Shown here: positions 9,977 through 18,767 of the stretch, in pieces
Layout: each line of letters opens with the position of its first letter
Position numbering within the stretch: the first letter of the stretch is position 1
Assembly (NCBI GenBank): GCA_048213135.1
Contig: PS015010.1
Location: 1,798,001-1,862,000 of the forward strand
Source of the DNA: Reclinomonas americana ATCC 50394
Taxonomy: Eukaryota
Direction of reading: 5' to 3'
Length of the DNA: 64,000 bases
Position numbers and translations under genes: made by a program
Notes under the pieces: generated by a model
Databases searched by the model: none
Told to the model about the DNA's origin: nothing
The model's input: only the letters and a program-made list of their open reading frames with translations

Positions 9977-10972
9977 TTACTCGTCGTCCAGTTTCAGTTT
10001 GCTCAGGTCCATACCAAAGCTCAGTCCCCTTTCGTGCAGTACCTGTTCGATCTCGCTGAGTGATTTCTGTCCGAAGTTCCTGAACTTCATCAGGTCTTCC
10101 TGTTCGTACTGTACCAGTTCGCTCAGGGAGTTGATTTTCGCTGCTTTCAGGCAGTTGAAGGCACGTACGGAAAGATCGAGGTCTTCCAGTGGTGTTTTCA
10201 GGATCTTGCGCAGTTGCAGTGTTTGTTCGTCTACCAGGTCTTCTTTCTTCTCTTCTTTGTTATCGAAAGTGATGTTCTCATCAGTGATGATCATCAGGTG
10301 CTGGATCAGGATACGGCTGGCCTGTTTAACGGCTTCTTCCGGTTGGATGGTACCATCGGTAATCACTTCCATGATCAGTTTTTCGAAGTCGGTGCGTTGT
10401 TCCACACGGGTATTTTCGATGGCGTATTTCACGTTTTTGATGGGCGTGAAGATGGCGTCAACGGGGATATAACCAAAGTGGGCGCTTTTTTCTTTATTTT
10501 CTTCTGCAGGAACATAGCCGCGGCCTTTACCAATGGTGATCTCGATATCGAGTTTGGCGCTGGTGTCCATAGTGCAGATCAGCAGTTCGGGGTTCATCAC
10601 CTCGAAAGAGGGAGAAGCTTCTCCGATCATACCGGCAGTGAATTCAGATTTGTTTTTGATCGACAGCATCACTTTTTCCACGCTGGCTTCATGATCTACT
10701 TTCTTCCTGATACGAACCTGTTTCAGGTTGAGGATGATCTCTGTTACGTCTTCTGTGATACCTTTCAGCGTAGCGAATTCGTGATCCGCTCCGGCGATAT
10801 TGATACCGATGATCGCATATCCTTCCAGGGAGTTCAGCAGCACCCTGCGCAGGGAGTTGCCAATGGTTACACCATATCCTGGTTCCAGCGGACGGAATTC
10901 GAATTGCGCTTCGAAATCAGTTGCTTTCTGCAGAACGATCTTATCGGGCTTAACAAAATTTAAAATGGCCAT
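9977..10972 (-). CDS. rpoA: RNA polymerase alpha subunit
   Basis: PLEPGYGVTIGNSLRRVLL, LSVRAFNCL, NFGQKSL. Confidence 0.99.
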   Translation of the reverse strand: MAILNFVKPDKIVLQKATDFEAQFEFRPLEPGYGVTIGNSLRRVLLNSLEGYAIIGINIAGADHEFATLKGITEDVTEIILNLKQVRIRKKVDHEASVEKVMLSIKNKSEFTAGMIGEASPSFEVMNPELLICTMDTSAKLDIEITIGKGRGYVPAEENKEKSAHFGYIPVDAIFTPIKNVKYAIENTRVEQRTDFEKLIMEVITDGTIQPEEAVKQASRILIQHLMIITDENITFDNKEEKKEDLVDEQTLQLRKILKTPLEDLDLSVRAFNCLKAAKINSLSELVQYEQEDLMKFRNFGQKSLSEIEQVLHERGLSFGMDLSKLKLDDE

Positions 10973-11073
10973 TTGTATTTTGTTGTTTTAATTTAAAATT
11001 GGGTTACCGGCTTCAGTACATATCCCGTCCCCGGTTGTGTCACTCACTTGTACAGTTGGTTTTAAATTCACTG

Positions 11074-11133
11074 GTATTGAGTATTAAGTATCGAGTATTG
11101 AGTAGTTCGTACTTGATACTCAATACTAATTAC
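11074..11133. repeat. Heptamer palindromic repeat (GTATTGA-like x4, then TCAATAC-like x4)
   Basis: GTATTGA GTATTAA GTATCGA GTATTGA .. TTCGTAC TTGATAC TCAATAC TAATTAC. Confidence 0.8.
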
Positions 11134-11139
11134 TAGCTA

Positions 11140-11745
11140 CTATTTGCTGTACAATTCCACAATCAGCTGTTCCTTGATATTTTCAGGAACGCTTTCCCTT
11201 TCAGGATAAGCGATGAAAGTACCTTTGGTTTCAGCTTCGCTCCAGTCGATCCAGTTGAACTTCGCGTTTTTACCGCGGAGGTTGCCGGTGATGGAAGCGT
11301 TGGCCGCACTCTTGTTTTTTAAACCGATAACATCGCCTGGTTTGCAGCTGTAAGAAGGGATATTCACCACTTCACCGTTAACGGTAATGTGTTTGTGAGA
11401 TACCAGTTGGCGGGCAGCCTGGCGGCTTGGAGCAACGCCCATACGGAAAACAGTGTTGTCCAGGCGGGCTTCCAGCAATTTGATGAGGTTTTCACCGGTA
11501 ACGCCTTTCCTGCGGGAAGCTTCGTCGAAAGTCCTGCGGAATTGCTTTTCCAGCAAACCATAAGTGTATTTGGCTTTTTGTTTTTCCCTCAGCTGCAGAG
11601 CATATTCACCCAGTGTTTTACGTTTGCGGGTAGCACCGTGCTGACCGGGAGGGTTGCTGTTCTTGTTCAGCCATTTACCATTTCCGGTAATGGGTTCTCC
11701 GAAAATCCTGGAGATCTTTGTTTTTGGGCCTGTGTAACGTGCCAT
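11140..11745 (-). CDS. rpsD: 30S ribosomal protein S4
   Basis: [39 protein letters not shown]. Confidence 0.99.
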   Translation of the reverse strand: MARYTGPKTKISRIFGEPITGNGKWLNKNSNPPGQHGATRKRKTLGEYALQLREKQKAKYTYGLLEKQFRRTFDEASRRKGVTGENLIKLLEARLDNTVFRMGVAPSRQAARQLVSHKHITVNGEVVNIPSYSCKPGDVIGLKNKSAANASITGNLRGKNAKFNWIDWSEAETKGTFIAYPERESVPENIKEQLIVELYSK

Positions 11746-11760
11746 AGTTGTAGATGTGTT

Positions 11761-11817
11761 CCGTTTTTTGGTGATGGTGCGCTGATCGGTAAAAACGGTA
11801 AAAATGAATCAGGCACC
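11761..11817 (-). promoter_or_regulatory. Candidate pseudoknotted leader upstream of rpsD
   Basis: mRNA stem GGUGC-CUGAU/AUCAG-C-GCACC; loop CCGUUUUU complementary to downstream AAAAACGG. Confidence 0.45.
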
Positions 11818-11831
11818 CTGTTAAATATCAT

Positions 11832-11876
11832 TGTTTACCATTTACCATTGCAGAAAAGAATGGTAAATGGTAAATA
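11832..11876. repeat. Heptamer hairpin (TTTACCA)2..(TGGTAAA)2
   Basis: Read directly just after the rpsK stop. Confidence 0.75.
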
Positions 11877-11885
11877 GTGTAATTG

Positions 11886-12284
11886 TTATACCCTTCTTTT
11901 CTTGGGAGGACGACAGCCATTGTGCGGCAGCGGGGTAACGTCTTTGATCATATTGATCTCAATACCGTTCTGTGACAGGGAGCGGATAGCGCCTTCACGG
12001 CCTGAACCCGGACCTTTCACGAAAACGTCAACACGCTTCAGACCTGCGTCGATAGCGGTTTTAGCAGCATCAGCAGCGGCCATCTGGGCTGCATATGGCG
12101 TATTCTTCTTAGAACCGCGGAAGCCCATTTTACCGGCAGAAGACCAGGAAATCACCTGACCCTGCTTGTTGGTTAAACTGATGATGATGTTGTTGAAACT
12201 TGCAACGATGTGTGCGTCTCCGTAGCTGTCTACCTTAACTACTCTTTTCTTTGCGGCTGCTTTACCGCCTTGTGCTTTTGCCAT
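11886..12284 (-). CDS. rpsK: 30S ribosomal protein S11
   Basis: [37 protein letters not shown]. Confidence 0.99.
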   Translation of the reverse strand: MAKAQGGKAAAKKRVVKVDSYGDAHIVASFNNIIISLTNKQGQVISWSSAGKMGFRGSKKNTPYAAQMAAADAAKTAIDAGLKRVDVFVKGPGSGREGAIRSLSQNGIEINMIKDVTPLPHNGCRPPKKRRV

Positions 12285-12444
12285 AATTGTTTAAACTAGG
12301 TAATCTTTAAAAAATGGTATCCCGGTGAATACCGGGACTGAACAAACCCTCCTGCCGACTTACGAAGCGATCCGGCGTATGTTCAGAAAATGTAAGTCTT
12401 TATAAAGACAAATACCGGACCTGGGTCCGGCACCTGTTTCAGGA

Positions 12445-12825
12445 TTACTTCTTAGCTGCTTTTTTCTTGCCGGCAACTGTCTTACGCTTGCCTTTGCGGG
12501 TACGGCTGTTGGTACGTGTACGCTGACCACGTAAAGGCAATCCTTTACGGTGACGCAGGCCACGGTAACAGGCGATGTCAAGCAGACGTTTGATATTCAT
12601 CTGGGTTTCGCTGCGCAAAGCACCTTCAGTTTTGAATTCGCTGTTGATGACGTTACGGATAGCAGTTTGCTCTTCATCATCCCACTGGTTCACTTTCTTA
12701 TTCACATCAATATTCGCCTTTTCCAGGATATAACGGGCGGTTGAACGTCCGATACCATAGATGTAAGTAAGGCCAATTTCGCCCCTTTTATTTTTTGGTA
12801 GATCTATACCGGCAATACGAGCCAT
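12445..12825 (-). CDS. rpsM: 30S ribosomal protein S13
   Basis: [36 protein letters not shown]. Confidence 0.99.
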   Translation of the reverse strand: MARIAGIDLPKNKRGEIGLTYIYGIGRSTARYILEKANIDVNKKVNQWDDEEQTAIRNVINSEFKTEGALRSETQMNIKRLLDIACYRGLRHRKGLPLRGQRTRTNSRTRKGKRKTVAGKKKAAKK

Positions 12826-12830
12826 AATTT

Positions 12831-12923
12831 ATTTGATATTTAGTATTTCAGATTTAATATTTTGAGAAGAGACCAGGAAATTGAAACCATATATTACATA
12901 TTCAATATTCCTTACTCCATTCC
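12831..12923. repeat. Degenerate heptamer tracts in rpmJ-rpsM spacer
   Basis: ATTTGAT ATTTAGT ATTTCAG ATTTAAT ATTTTGA and ATTACAT ATTCAAT ATTCCTT ACTCCAT. Confidence 0.6.
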
Positions 12924-13040
12924 TTACCCCTGCTTTTGCTTAAAGCGTGGATTCTTTTTGTTGATCACATACAGCCTGCCTTTCCTGCGAACAATCTTGC
13001 AATCTGCGCTGCGTTTTTTGATAGAAGCTCTTACCTTCAT
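12924..13040 (-). CDS. rpmJ: 50S ribosomal protein L36 (not in ORF track; lacks most zinc ligands)
   Basis: Manual translation [38 protein letters not shown]. Confidence 0.97.
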   Translation of the reverse strand: MKVRASIKKRSADCKIVRRKGRLYVINKKNPRFKQKQG

Positions 13041-13098
13041 TGTTATAGTTTTTATCTTTTTTCGCGAAATACCATCAACCGGGGCCGACAGTGTATAA

Positions 13099-13317
13099 TT
13101 ATTTGTACCTGAATATGATCCTGCCCCTGGTCAGATCGTAAGGGCTCATTTCCACCCCAACTTTATCACCCGGCAGAATACGGATGTAGTGCATCCTCAT
13201 TTTCCCGGAAATAGTGGCCAAAATCTCGTGTCCGTTCTCTAATTTAACCTTGAACATAGCGTTGCTCAGCGCTTCAACTATTGTTCCGTCTTGCTTAATA
13301 AGTGCCTGTTTAGCCAT
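13099..13317 (-). CDS. infA: Translation initiation factor IF-1
   Basis: [32 protein letters not shown]. Confidence 0.99.
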   Translation of the reverse strand: MAKQALIKQDGTIVEALSNAMFKVKLENGHEILATISGKMRMHYIRILPGDKVGVEMSPYDLTRGRIIFRYK

Positions 13318-13330
13318 AAATTTGGGAGCG

Positions 13331-13338
13331 CAAAGATA
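13331..13338 (-). promoter_or_regulatory. Bacteroidota -7 promoter box for infA operon
   Basis: TATCTTTG matches TAnnTTTG, 13 nt before the ATG. Confidence 0.7.
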
Positions 13339-13500
13339 GGAGTAAATATTGAATTATACGAATAAATCCTTCTTTTTTAGTAATAAACCCCCGCGTTTTC
13401 CACAAAAAACCGGCCAATGAGGGTAAATAACGGTGTTGGGGGTGCAAAAATCGGTAAAAATGGGCAAAAAGATGCGGGTTTGAGATGCCGGGTTCCGGAT

Positions 13501-13545
13501 AAAAAGATGCGGGACAGGAGAAGATCAAATTCCCTGCCCCGCATT
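13501..13545 (-). terminator. Probable terminator of the upstream beta-barrel gene
   Basis: ATGCGGG-ACAGG / CCTG-CCCCGCAT hairpin with T-run on the minus strand. Confidence 0.55.
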
Positions 13546-13562
13546 TAGTATCGGTACAACTG

Positions 13563-13663
13563 CCCGGTATCCCCTATTTTCCACCCCCTACCCCGTATCC
13601 GGCATCGGGAATCCTGTATCAGGCATCAGGAATCTGGCATCCGTCACCCGGCCCCGGCATCCC
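13563..13663. repeat. GC-rich degenerate heptamer tract (CCGGCAT-like)
   Basis: CCCGTAT CCGGCAT CGGGAAT CCTGTAT CAGGCAT CAGGAAT CTGGCAT; complementary GATGCGGG/GATGCCGG copies at about 13470-13515. Confidence 0.7.
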
Positions 13664-13664
13664 C

Positions 13665-16133
13665 TTACTGCTGCCCTCCCCCCAGGTTCACCCGGTTCTG
13701 CTCATCCTGCGATGCCGCATTGCGCCTTCGGTTCTGCTGCTGAAGGGTCTTGCCAAAACGGTAATTGAAGGTAAAAATATAGCGCCTGTTGTCCCACCTG
13801 CTGTTGATCTGGGTGCTCAGGTTATCAAGGTCGGTAGTGCCCCGGAATTTTTGTATCCAGAAAGGATCACGCACATTCAGCCGAACAGTACCCTTGCCTT
13901 TAAGGATCTGTTTGCCCGCCCCCAGGCTGAACACACCCATCGGTTTGCTCACAATTACACCGCCGGCCAGGTTACGGCCCTGGTAAAATCCGCTGATCTC
14001 CCCAGTCCACCCTTTTTTAAAGGAAAACTGGTTGCTTACATTGGCCATGAAGGTGGTGGCTGAAACATCTATCCGCTCATTGGCCCCGTTGTTAAGCAAG
14101 AATCCTTTGTAATGGTTGTTGTAAATATTGGAGAAGAAATTGGTCGTCCACCATTTGGTCACAGGATAATTCCAGTTGATGCTGATGCCGATATTGGTAT
14201 TGTCGGCCAGGTTTTCTTTTGTCTGGTAGGCATAATAACTGGAGTCTACCCTGAACGTGTGTATCACATCATTGATAATACCCTTCGTGGTGGTATAGTT
14301 AAGCGACACATTCAGTTGTCCTTTATAATTGTAGCTGAGTTCCACATTGTTGCTTAACTGGGGCTGCAGATCAGGATTACCCTGGCGGTAAGTGTACTGG
14401 TCTAGCAGGTACTGGAAAGGATTCAGGTCCTGGTAACCGGGGCGGTTGATGCGGCGGCCATAGGACAATCCCAGTGTATTGTTGTCATTGATCTTATAGC
14501 TGATATAAGTGGTAGGGAATAACTTGAGGTAATTCAGTGAGAAACCTTTTGATTTGGCCATCTGGTTACCGGTAACGATGGTCTGCTCTGCCCGGAGCCC
14601 TACCTGTATCCCCCATTTTTTGAACTGCCGGTTGAAATTGATGTAGGCCGCGTTGATATTCTCTTTGTAAATAAAATGATTGCTCCTGCCGGTATCTGTT
14701 TTCCAGTCGTTGCCGGCGGCATTGAAATAGGTGTACTGTGCATCATTGTCCGTTTTTACATAACTGGTTTTGAGCCCGGCTTCCATTTTCACATCACCCG
14801 GAAGGTTTTGCGAATAATCCGCTTTAAAACTGAAAATGTCTATTGAAGCAGGTAGGTAACCTTTCAGCAGGTAGGGCTCCTGTACCAGTTTGTCATTGGC
14901 GTCGTACAGGTAATTGTTCGAATATTGTTTGCCCTTTGTGCGGTAAAGGATATAATCGATATCCGCGGTCAGTTCCGCTCCTTTGCTGCCGATCTGCCGG
15001 CGGAAATTGCCATTGAAACCGAGGTTGGTCCACGGGTCTTTATTTTGCGAGTTGGCGATGTTATAGCTGACAAAGTTTTTCAGGCTGTCGTAAATATATG
15101 AGGTACCGCTTGACGTGAACTGTCTTTTGTCGATCAGCCCGCTCACCACCAGTCCGAAGGTTGTTTTTTTATCGGCTGAATAATCTATCCCCAGTTTGAA
15201 GTTCTGCGGTTCACCCAAAAATTTCCCATAGGTATTCTGGGTAAGGTAGCGGCTGTAAGGTTCGTTTTCCGATCCCCGGAATTGCCTTGCGATGTTGATG
15301 TCGTTAAAACCTTCCCAGTGAGAATAGCCATAATTGCCAAACACATTTACTTTACCCTGGCGCCAGTTGAAGTTAATGCTGTTGGTATTTTTAAAATAAT
15401 TGGCAAAGATGGCGCTGGTAGAAAAAGTGCCATTGAAACCATTGGCCTTATTCTTTTTCGTTTTGATATTGATAATACCCGAATTTCCTGACGCGTCATA
15501 TTTGGCAGAAGGCTGTGTCATGATCTCCACCTGGTCAAGCTGGTTGGCGGGCATATTCTTCAGGTAATTGGCGAGGTCCTGCCCGCTGAGGTAGGAAGGT
15601 TTGCCATCGATAAGAATTATTACTCCTGACTTACCTTTCACGCTTATGTTGTCGTTGTTGTCAATGGTGACACCGGGAGATTTTTCCAGTATCTCCATTG
15701 CCGACAGGCCTGTGCTGGTAGGCGATGCTTCCACATTCACCACGGTCTTGTCTATCTTATTCTCGATAAATGGTCTTTTGCCCGTTACCGTCACCCCGGT
15801 CATACTGGTTGATGCCTGTACCAGTTCTGCATTCACCGTACTGGTGGCATTGTCCTTAACCGATACCGGCTGGTAAGTTGTGGTGAACCCTATTTTTGAT
15901 ACGGATACCAGGAAGTCCCCGGGTTTCAGGTATTGCAGATCATAACTCCCGTCTTTTTTGGTGATTTCGGCTTTTACCAGTGAAGAGTCTTTGGGTTGCA
16001 GGATGCTTACTGTTGCATTATCCACCGGTTTGGACGCGGCGCTGATCATCCCTTTTATACTTCCCGTTTTTGTTTGCGCACTGGCAATGGCACACAGGCA
16101 AAGCCCAATCGCTAAGCAGTTAAATTTTTTCAT
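13665..16133 (-). CDS. TonB-dependent receptor-like outer membrane beta-barrel protein
   Basis: Signal peptide, carboxypeptidase-regulatory-like N-domain, plug (ILEKSPGV, IEIMTQPSAKYDA-type motif), barrel ending FNYRFG. Confidence 0.85.
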   Translation of the reverse strand: MKKFNCLAIGLCLCAIASAQTKTGSIKGMISAASKPVDNATVSILQPKDSSLVKAEITKKDGSYDLQYLKPGDFLVSVSKIGFTTTYQPVSVKDNATSTVNAELVQASTSMTGVTVTGKRPFIENKIDKTVVNVEASPTSTGLSAMEILEKSPGVTIDNNDNISVKGKSGVIILIDGKPSYLSGQDLANYLKNMPANQLDQVEIMTQPSAKYDASGNSGIINIKTKKNKANGFNGTFSTSAIFANYFKNTNSINFNWRQGKVNVFGNYGYSHWEGFNDINIARQFRGSENEPYSRYLTQNTYGKFLGEPQNFKLGIDYSADKKTTFGLVVSGLIDKRQFTSSGTSYIYDSLKNFVSYNIANSQNKDPWTNLGFNGNFRRQIGSKGAELTADIDYILYRTKGKQYSNNYLYDANDKLVQEPYLLKGYLPASIDIFSFKADYSQNLPGDVKMEAGLKTSYVKTDNDAQYTYFNAAGNDWKTDTGRSNHFIYKENINAAYINFNRQFKKWGIQVGLRAEQTIVTGNQMAKSKGFSLNYLKLFPTTYISYKINDNNTLGLSYGRRINRPGYQDLNPFQYLLDQYTYRQGNPDLQPQLSNNVELSYNYKGQLNVSLNYTTTKGIINDVIHTFRVDSSYYAYQTKENLADNTNIGISINWNYPVTKWWTTNFFSNIYNNHYKGFLLNNGANERIDVSATTFMANVSNQFSFKKGWTGEISGFYQGRNLAGGVIVSKPMGVFSLGAGKQILKGKGTVRLNVRDPFWIQKFRGTTDLDNLSTQINSRWDNRRYIFTFNYRFGKTLQQQNRRRNAASQDEQNRVNLGGGQQ

Positions 16134-16274
16134 GGCTATTACTTTAATAAAACGATGCGGCTAAATTCTATCGTGTTAGTTGGAATAAAAAGCTAAAATG
16201 TTACCAAAGGTGCATAAGGCAATTAAACGGAGCCGGGAGAAATTATGGCGTCAATTTTTTACATAGCGGGCAGT

Positions 16275-16304
16275 AAAAAGCCCGGCCACGAAGGCCAGGC
16301 TCTT
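16275..16304 (-). terminator. Intrinsic terminator
   Basis: AGCCCGGCC/GGCCAGGCT stem flanked by an A-run. Confidence 0.6.
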
Positions 16305-16326
16305 ATGGCGGTTTTTAAGTTATAGC

Positions 16327-16734
16327 CTAATCAAAAGAGGTGTCGTCCAGGTGCACCTTGGTCATTTCATAAAAATGGTTCTGTAACTGGTGTACATTGA
16401 TGGGCTGCATAATATGCCGGCGTTCATCGCGGTACCATATCTCGAATTTTGAAAAGTCGCCACCAGCGGGTACCATCATCCGGAAAGCCCCTTTGAGGTA
16501 CTTGGTAGAACCATCTTCATTAACCTGTTTGGTGAATTTAAGTTTTGTCAGCTGATCCTCGTCCAGCGGAATGGGACTCAGTTGTTCGGTCTCATACCAG
16601 AAATCCTGTGCGCCGGTGTTTACGCAAACCTGCTTTTCGTCGTGGTTCAGGTTGGTTACTTCACCCTGCTTTTTGTCCCCGTCATTGTCAGCAATGAGGT
16701 AATCGCCTACTTTAATTTCCTGGAATTTTATCAT
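16327..16734 (-). CDS. Hypothetical protein (EIKVGDY / PIPL / VHQLQN motifs)
   Basis: 135-aa ORF with its own terminator. Confidence 0.75.
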   Translation of the reverse strand: MIKFQEIKVGDYLIADNDGDKKQGEVTNLNHDEKQVCVNTGAQDFWYETEQLSPIPLDEDQLTKLKFTKQVNEDGSTKYLKGAFRMMVPAGGDFSKFEIWYRDERRHIMQPINVHQLQNHFYEMTKVHLDDTSFD

Positions 16735-16841
16735 ATAGCTGTTTTTTAGTAAGCCAATTTAATCATTTTCCGGAAAATAAAACAATGTCGTGACAAAGGT
16801 TGATGATAAATTTAAAGACGCGGGCTGCGGCGGCAGTTATA

Positions 16842-16872
16842 AACAATGGCGGGTCAGTTACCCGCCATTGTT
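16842..16872. terminator. Strong hairpin terminator
   Basis: Perfect 13-bp stem AACAATGGCGGGT/ACCCGCCATTGTT. Confidence 0.8.
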
Positions 16873-16894
16873 ATGTCATTATTAATACCCTTTA

Positions 16895-17485
16895 TCAGTC
16901 TATATACAAGCGGCGGTACACCAGCTCCATCTGCCCGTTGCCGATATCACGCAGGTATGGGCCTCCGTGAATGCGGTACGTACGTACCCTGTGGCGGAAG
17001 GGCCAGGGCCGGCCGGCATAGCAACCTGCTTTGGAGACTTCCGCAGAGCTGTTGTCGAATATTTTTGCCAGTGCGGAAGCGGCTGCTCCTGCACTCAGGC
17101 TGCCCAGTACGGCGCCGCTTACTACCAGCGCATTGGTTGCCGTGAGACCGCCTGCCACCAATGCAGAAGCCAGGGTGACACTGAGACCTCCCGTGGCTGC
17201 CGCCGCGGTGCCCGCTGTAGCGAAAGCACCCACCCCACCCGTAAGTGCGCCCAGGGCAACACTGCCAACAATAGCAGCTACAGGCCATACGCAATCCCAA
17301 TCGGTAATGCGTAAAGTATTATCCAGGGAAACGGATGTATTGATGGTAAACCATACGGCGCCGGTATTCCTGCGGAAATATCCCCCAGGGGGAACCAGGC
17401 CATAATAAAGTGGTCCCACCTGTTTCAGGGCAACCTGCATAGGCCAGATGGTATCGTTAAAAATTTCAAATCCGGGACTGTTCAT
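16895..17485 (-). CDS. Hypothetical protein with long Gly/Ala hydrophobic central segment
   Basis: 196 aa, no signal peptide, about 70-residue uncharged hydrophobic stretch; followed by terminator. Confidence 0.75.
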   Translation of the reverse strand: MNSPGFEIFNDTIWPMQVALKQVGPLYYGLVPPGGYFRRNTGAVWFTINTSVSLDNTLRITDWDCVWPVAAIVGSVALGALTGGVGAFATAGTAAAATGGLSVTLASALVAGGLTATNALVVSGAVLGSLSAGAAASALAKIFDNSSAEVSKAGCYAGRPWPFRHRVRTYRIHGGPYLRDIGNGQMELVYRRLYID

Positions 17486-17520
17486 AATTGTAGGATTTAG
17501 GTTCAGGTTTAGATTTAGGA

Positions 17521-17925
17521 TTAAGATGTTAAGAATGACTGGCTGATGTTGAAACTGCCGTTCATGGCTTCGGCGGCACGTACCAGGTGATCCTGCACAT
17601 CAGACAGTTCCATGTGCTGCTGGTCTACCAGGGCGCCAAACCCGTCGTTGAAAGTGGAGAGGGTGAGCATATTTTCACTGAAAATACCAGGGCCGTCGCC
17701 TGCCCTCACCAATTGTACATGGTCTCCCTGGACGATGTACACCTGTATGGTCCTGCCACCCACATTGATGACGTAGTGCATACCGTCAACTTCGCTTTCG
17801 TTGCCGGATGGATGCAGGAATGAGAAATGCGTAACCTGTGAAACCTGGTTACCCGCCAGTTCATGGTCGGTCGGATCAATCGTGTTTTGCTGATCCATGT
17901 CGTCATGTTCCATGTTTTGTTCCAT
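17521..17925 (-). CDS. Acidic hypothetical protein
   Basis: 134 aa, 35 nt upstream of and co-oriented with the 16895 ORF. Confidence 0.65.
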   Translation of the reverse strand: MEQNMEHDDMDQQNTIDPTDHELAGNQVSQVTHFSFLHPSGNESEVDGMHYVINVGGRTIQVYIVQGDHVQLVRAGDGPGIFSENMLTLSTFNDGFGALVDQQHMELSDVQDHLVRAAEAMNGSFNISQSFLTS

Positions 17926-18089
17926 AAGATTTTACTTTTTTAGGATGATAAAATGGTAGTGGTGTACACAGCCCCAAAATATAATAAAGCGGCGTAACGT
18001 AATAGCCCTTCCTCCCAATACCTGCTTATATAAAAGATATTATAGGTAAAAAGAGGATCAGGATAGACGAACCTTACCGGTGAGTAGAT

Positions 18090-18119
18090 AAAAAAGTGAC
18101 CCGCGCTGCAGGTCACTTA
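18090..18119 (-). terminator. Intrinsic terminator
   Basis: AAGTGACC/GGTCACTT stem with T-run on the minus strand. Confidence 0.65.
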
Positions 18120-18142
18120 TCTGTAATGAAGGGTTATTGTAA

Positions 18143-18634
18143 TTAATTAACGGTACAGCTCACCAGCGGCATATTATCGCCGAGTGTAGATGTGGTAAGG
18201 ATGAGCCCTGTTCCTTTTGAATAGAACCAGTTGTAGCGGGTATTGGCACTGAAAGCTGATCCGTTCACAATGAAACTCATGGCGCCTTCCAGTTCCATTA
18301 CATCATTGTAGGTTTTGCCTTCCACTTCCTTAGTACCGCCTGTTGATTTTACTTCTACGCTCAGCACGCTGTCGATGGTGTTGGCCTTGTATTTAATATC
18401 CCACTTATCACCCGCTGCGGCGCCCTCTTTCAGGAAAGGTTGCATGTTGCCGGCTTCATAACTGTCAGTGAAAAAAGTGTCGCCGTCTTTCTTTACCTGT
18501 ACAGGATTGGGAGCGAGGGAATTCGACATGGTGAAAGCGTCGCCCGACCCGGACTCTACCGTATTGGTAAACGTGCTGCCGTCGTTGTTCTTGTAGGTCC
18601 AGGTATTGCCCGGCGCCAAAGGATAGTATGACAT
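18143..18634 (-). CDS. Hypothetical beta-rich protein (YYPLAPGNTWTY; W(F)YSKGTGL)
   Basis: ATG at 18634; motifs resemble DUF3108-like small proteins. Confidence 0.7.
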   Translation of the reverse strand: MSYYPLAPGNTWTYKNNDGSTFTNTVESGSGDAFTMSNSLAPNPVQVKKDGDTFFTDSYEAGNMQPFLKEGAAAGDKWDIKYKANTIDSVLSVEVKSTGGTKEVEGKTYNDVMELEGAMSFIVNGSAFSANTRYNWFYSKGTGLILTTSTLGDNMPLVSCTVN

Positions 18635-18713
18635 ATCAATGATTTTAGGCGCCAAATATGAAGCGATTGCTCCATATATGCAATACCCCTTTGTGGTAAG
18701 GTATACCTTATAT

Positions 18714-18747
18714 AAAAAGGGTGTAACCTTTTAAAAGATTACACCCT
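18714..18747 (-). terminator. Terminator of hmgA
   Basis: AGGGTGTAA/TTACACCCT stem with T-run. Confidence 0.65.
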
Positions 18748-18767
18748 CCGGAAAAAAGAATACAGTT

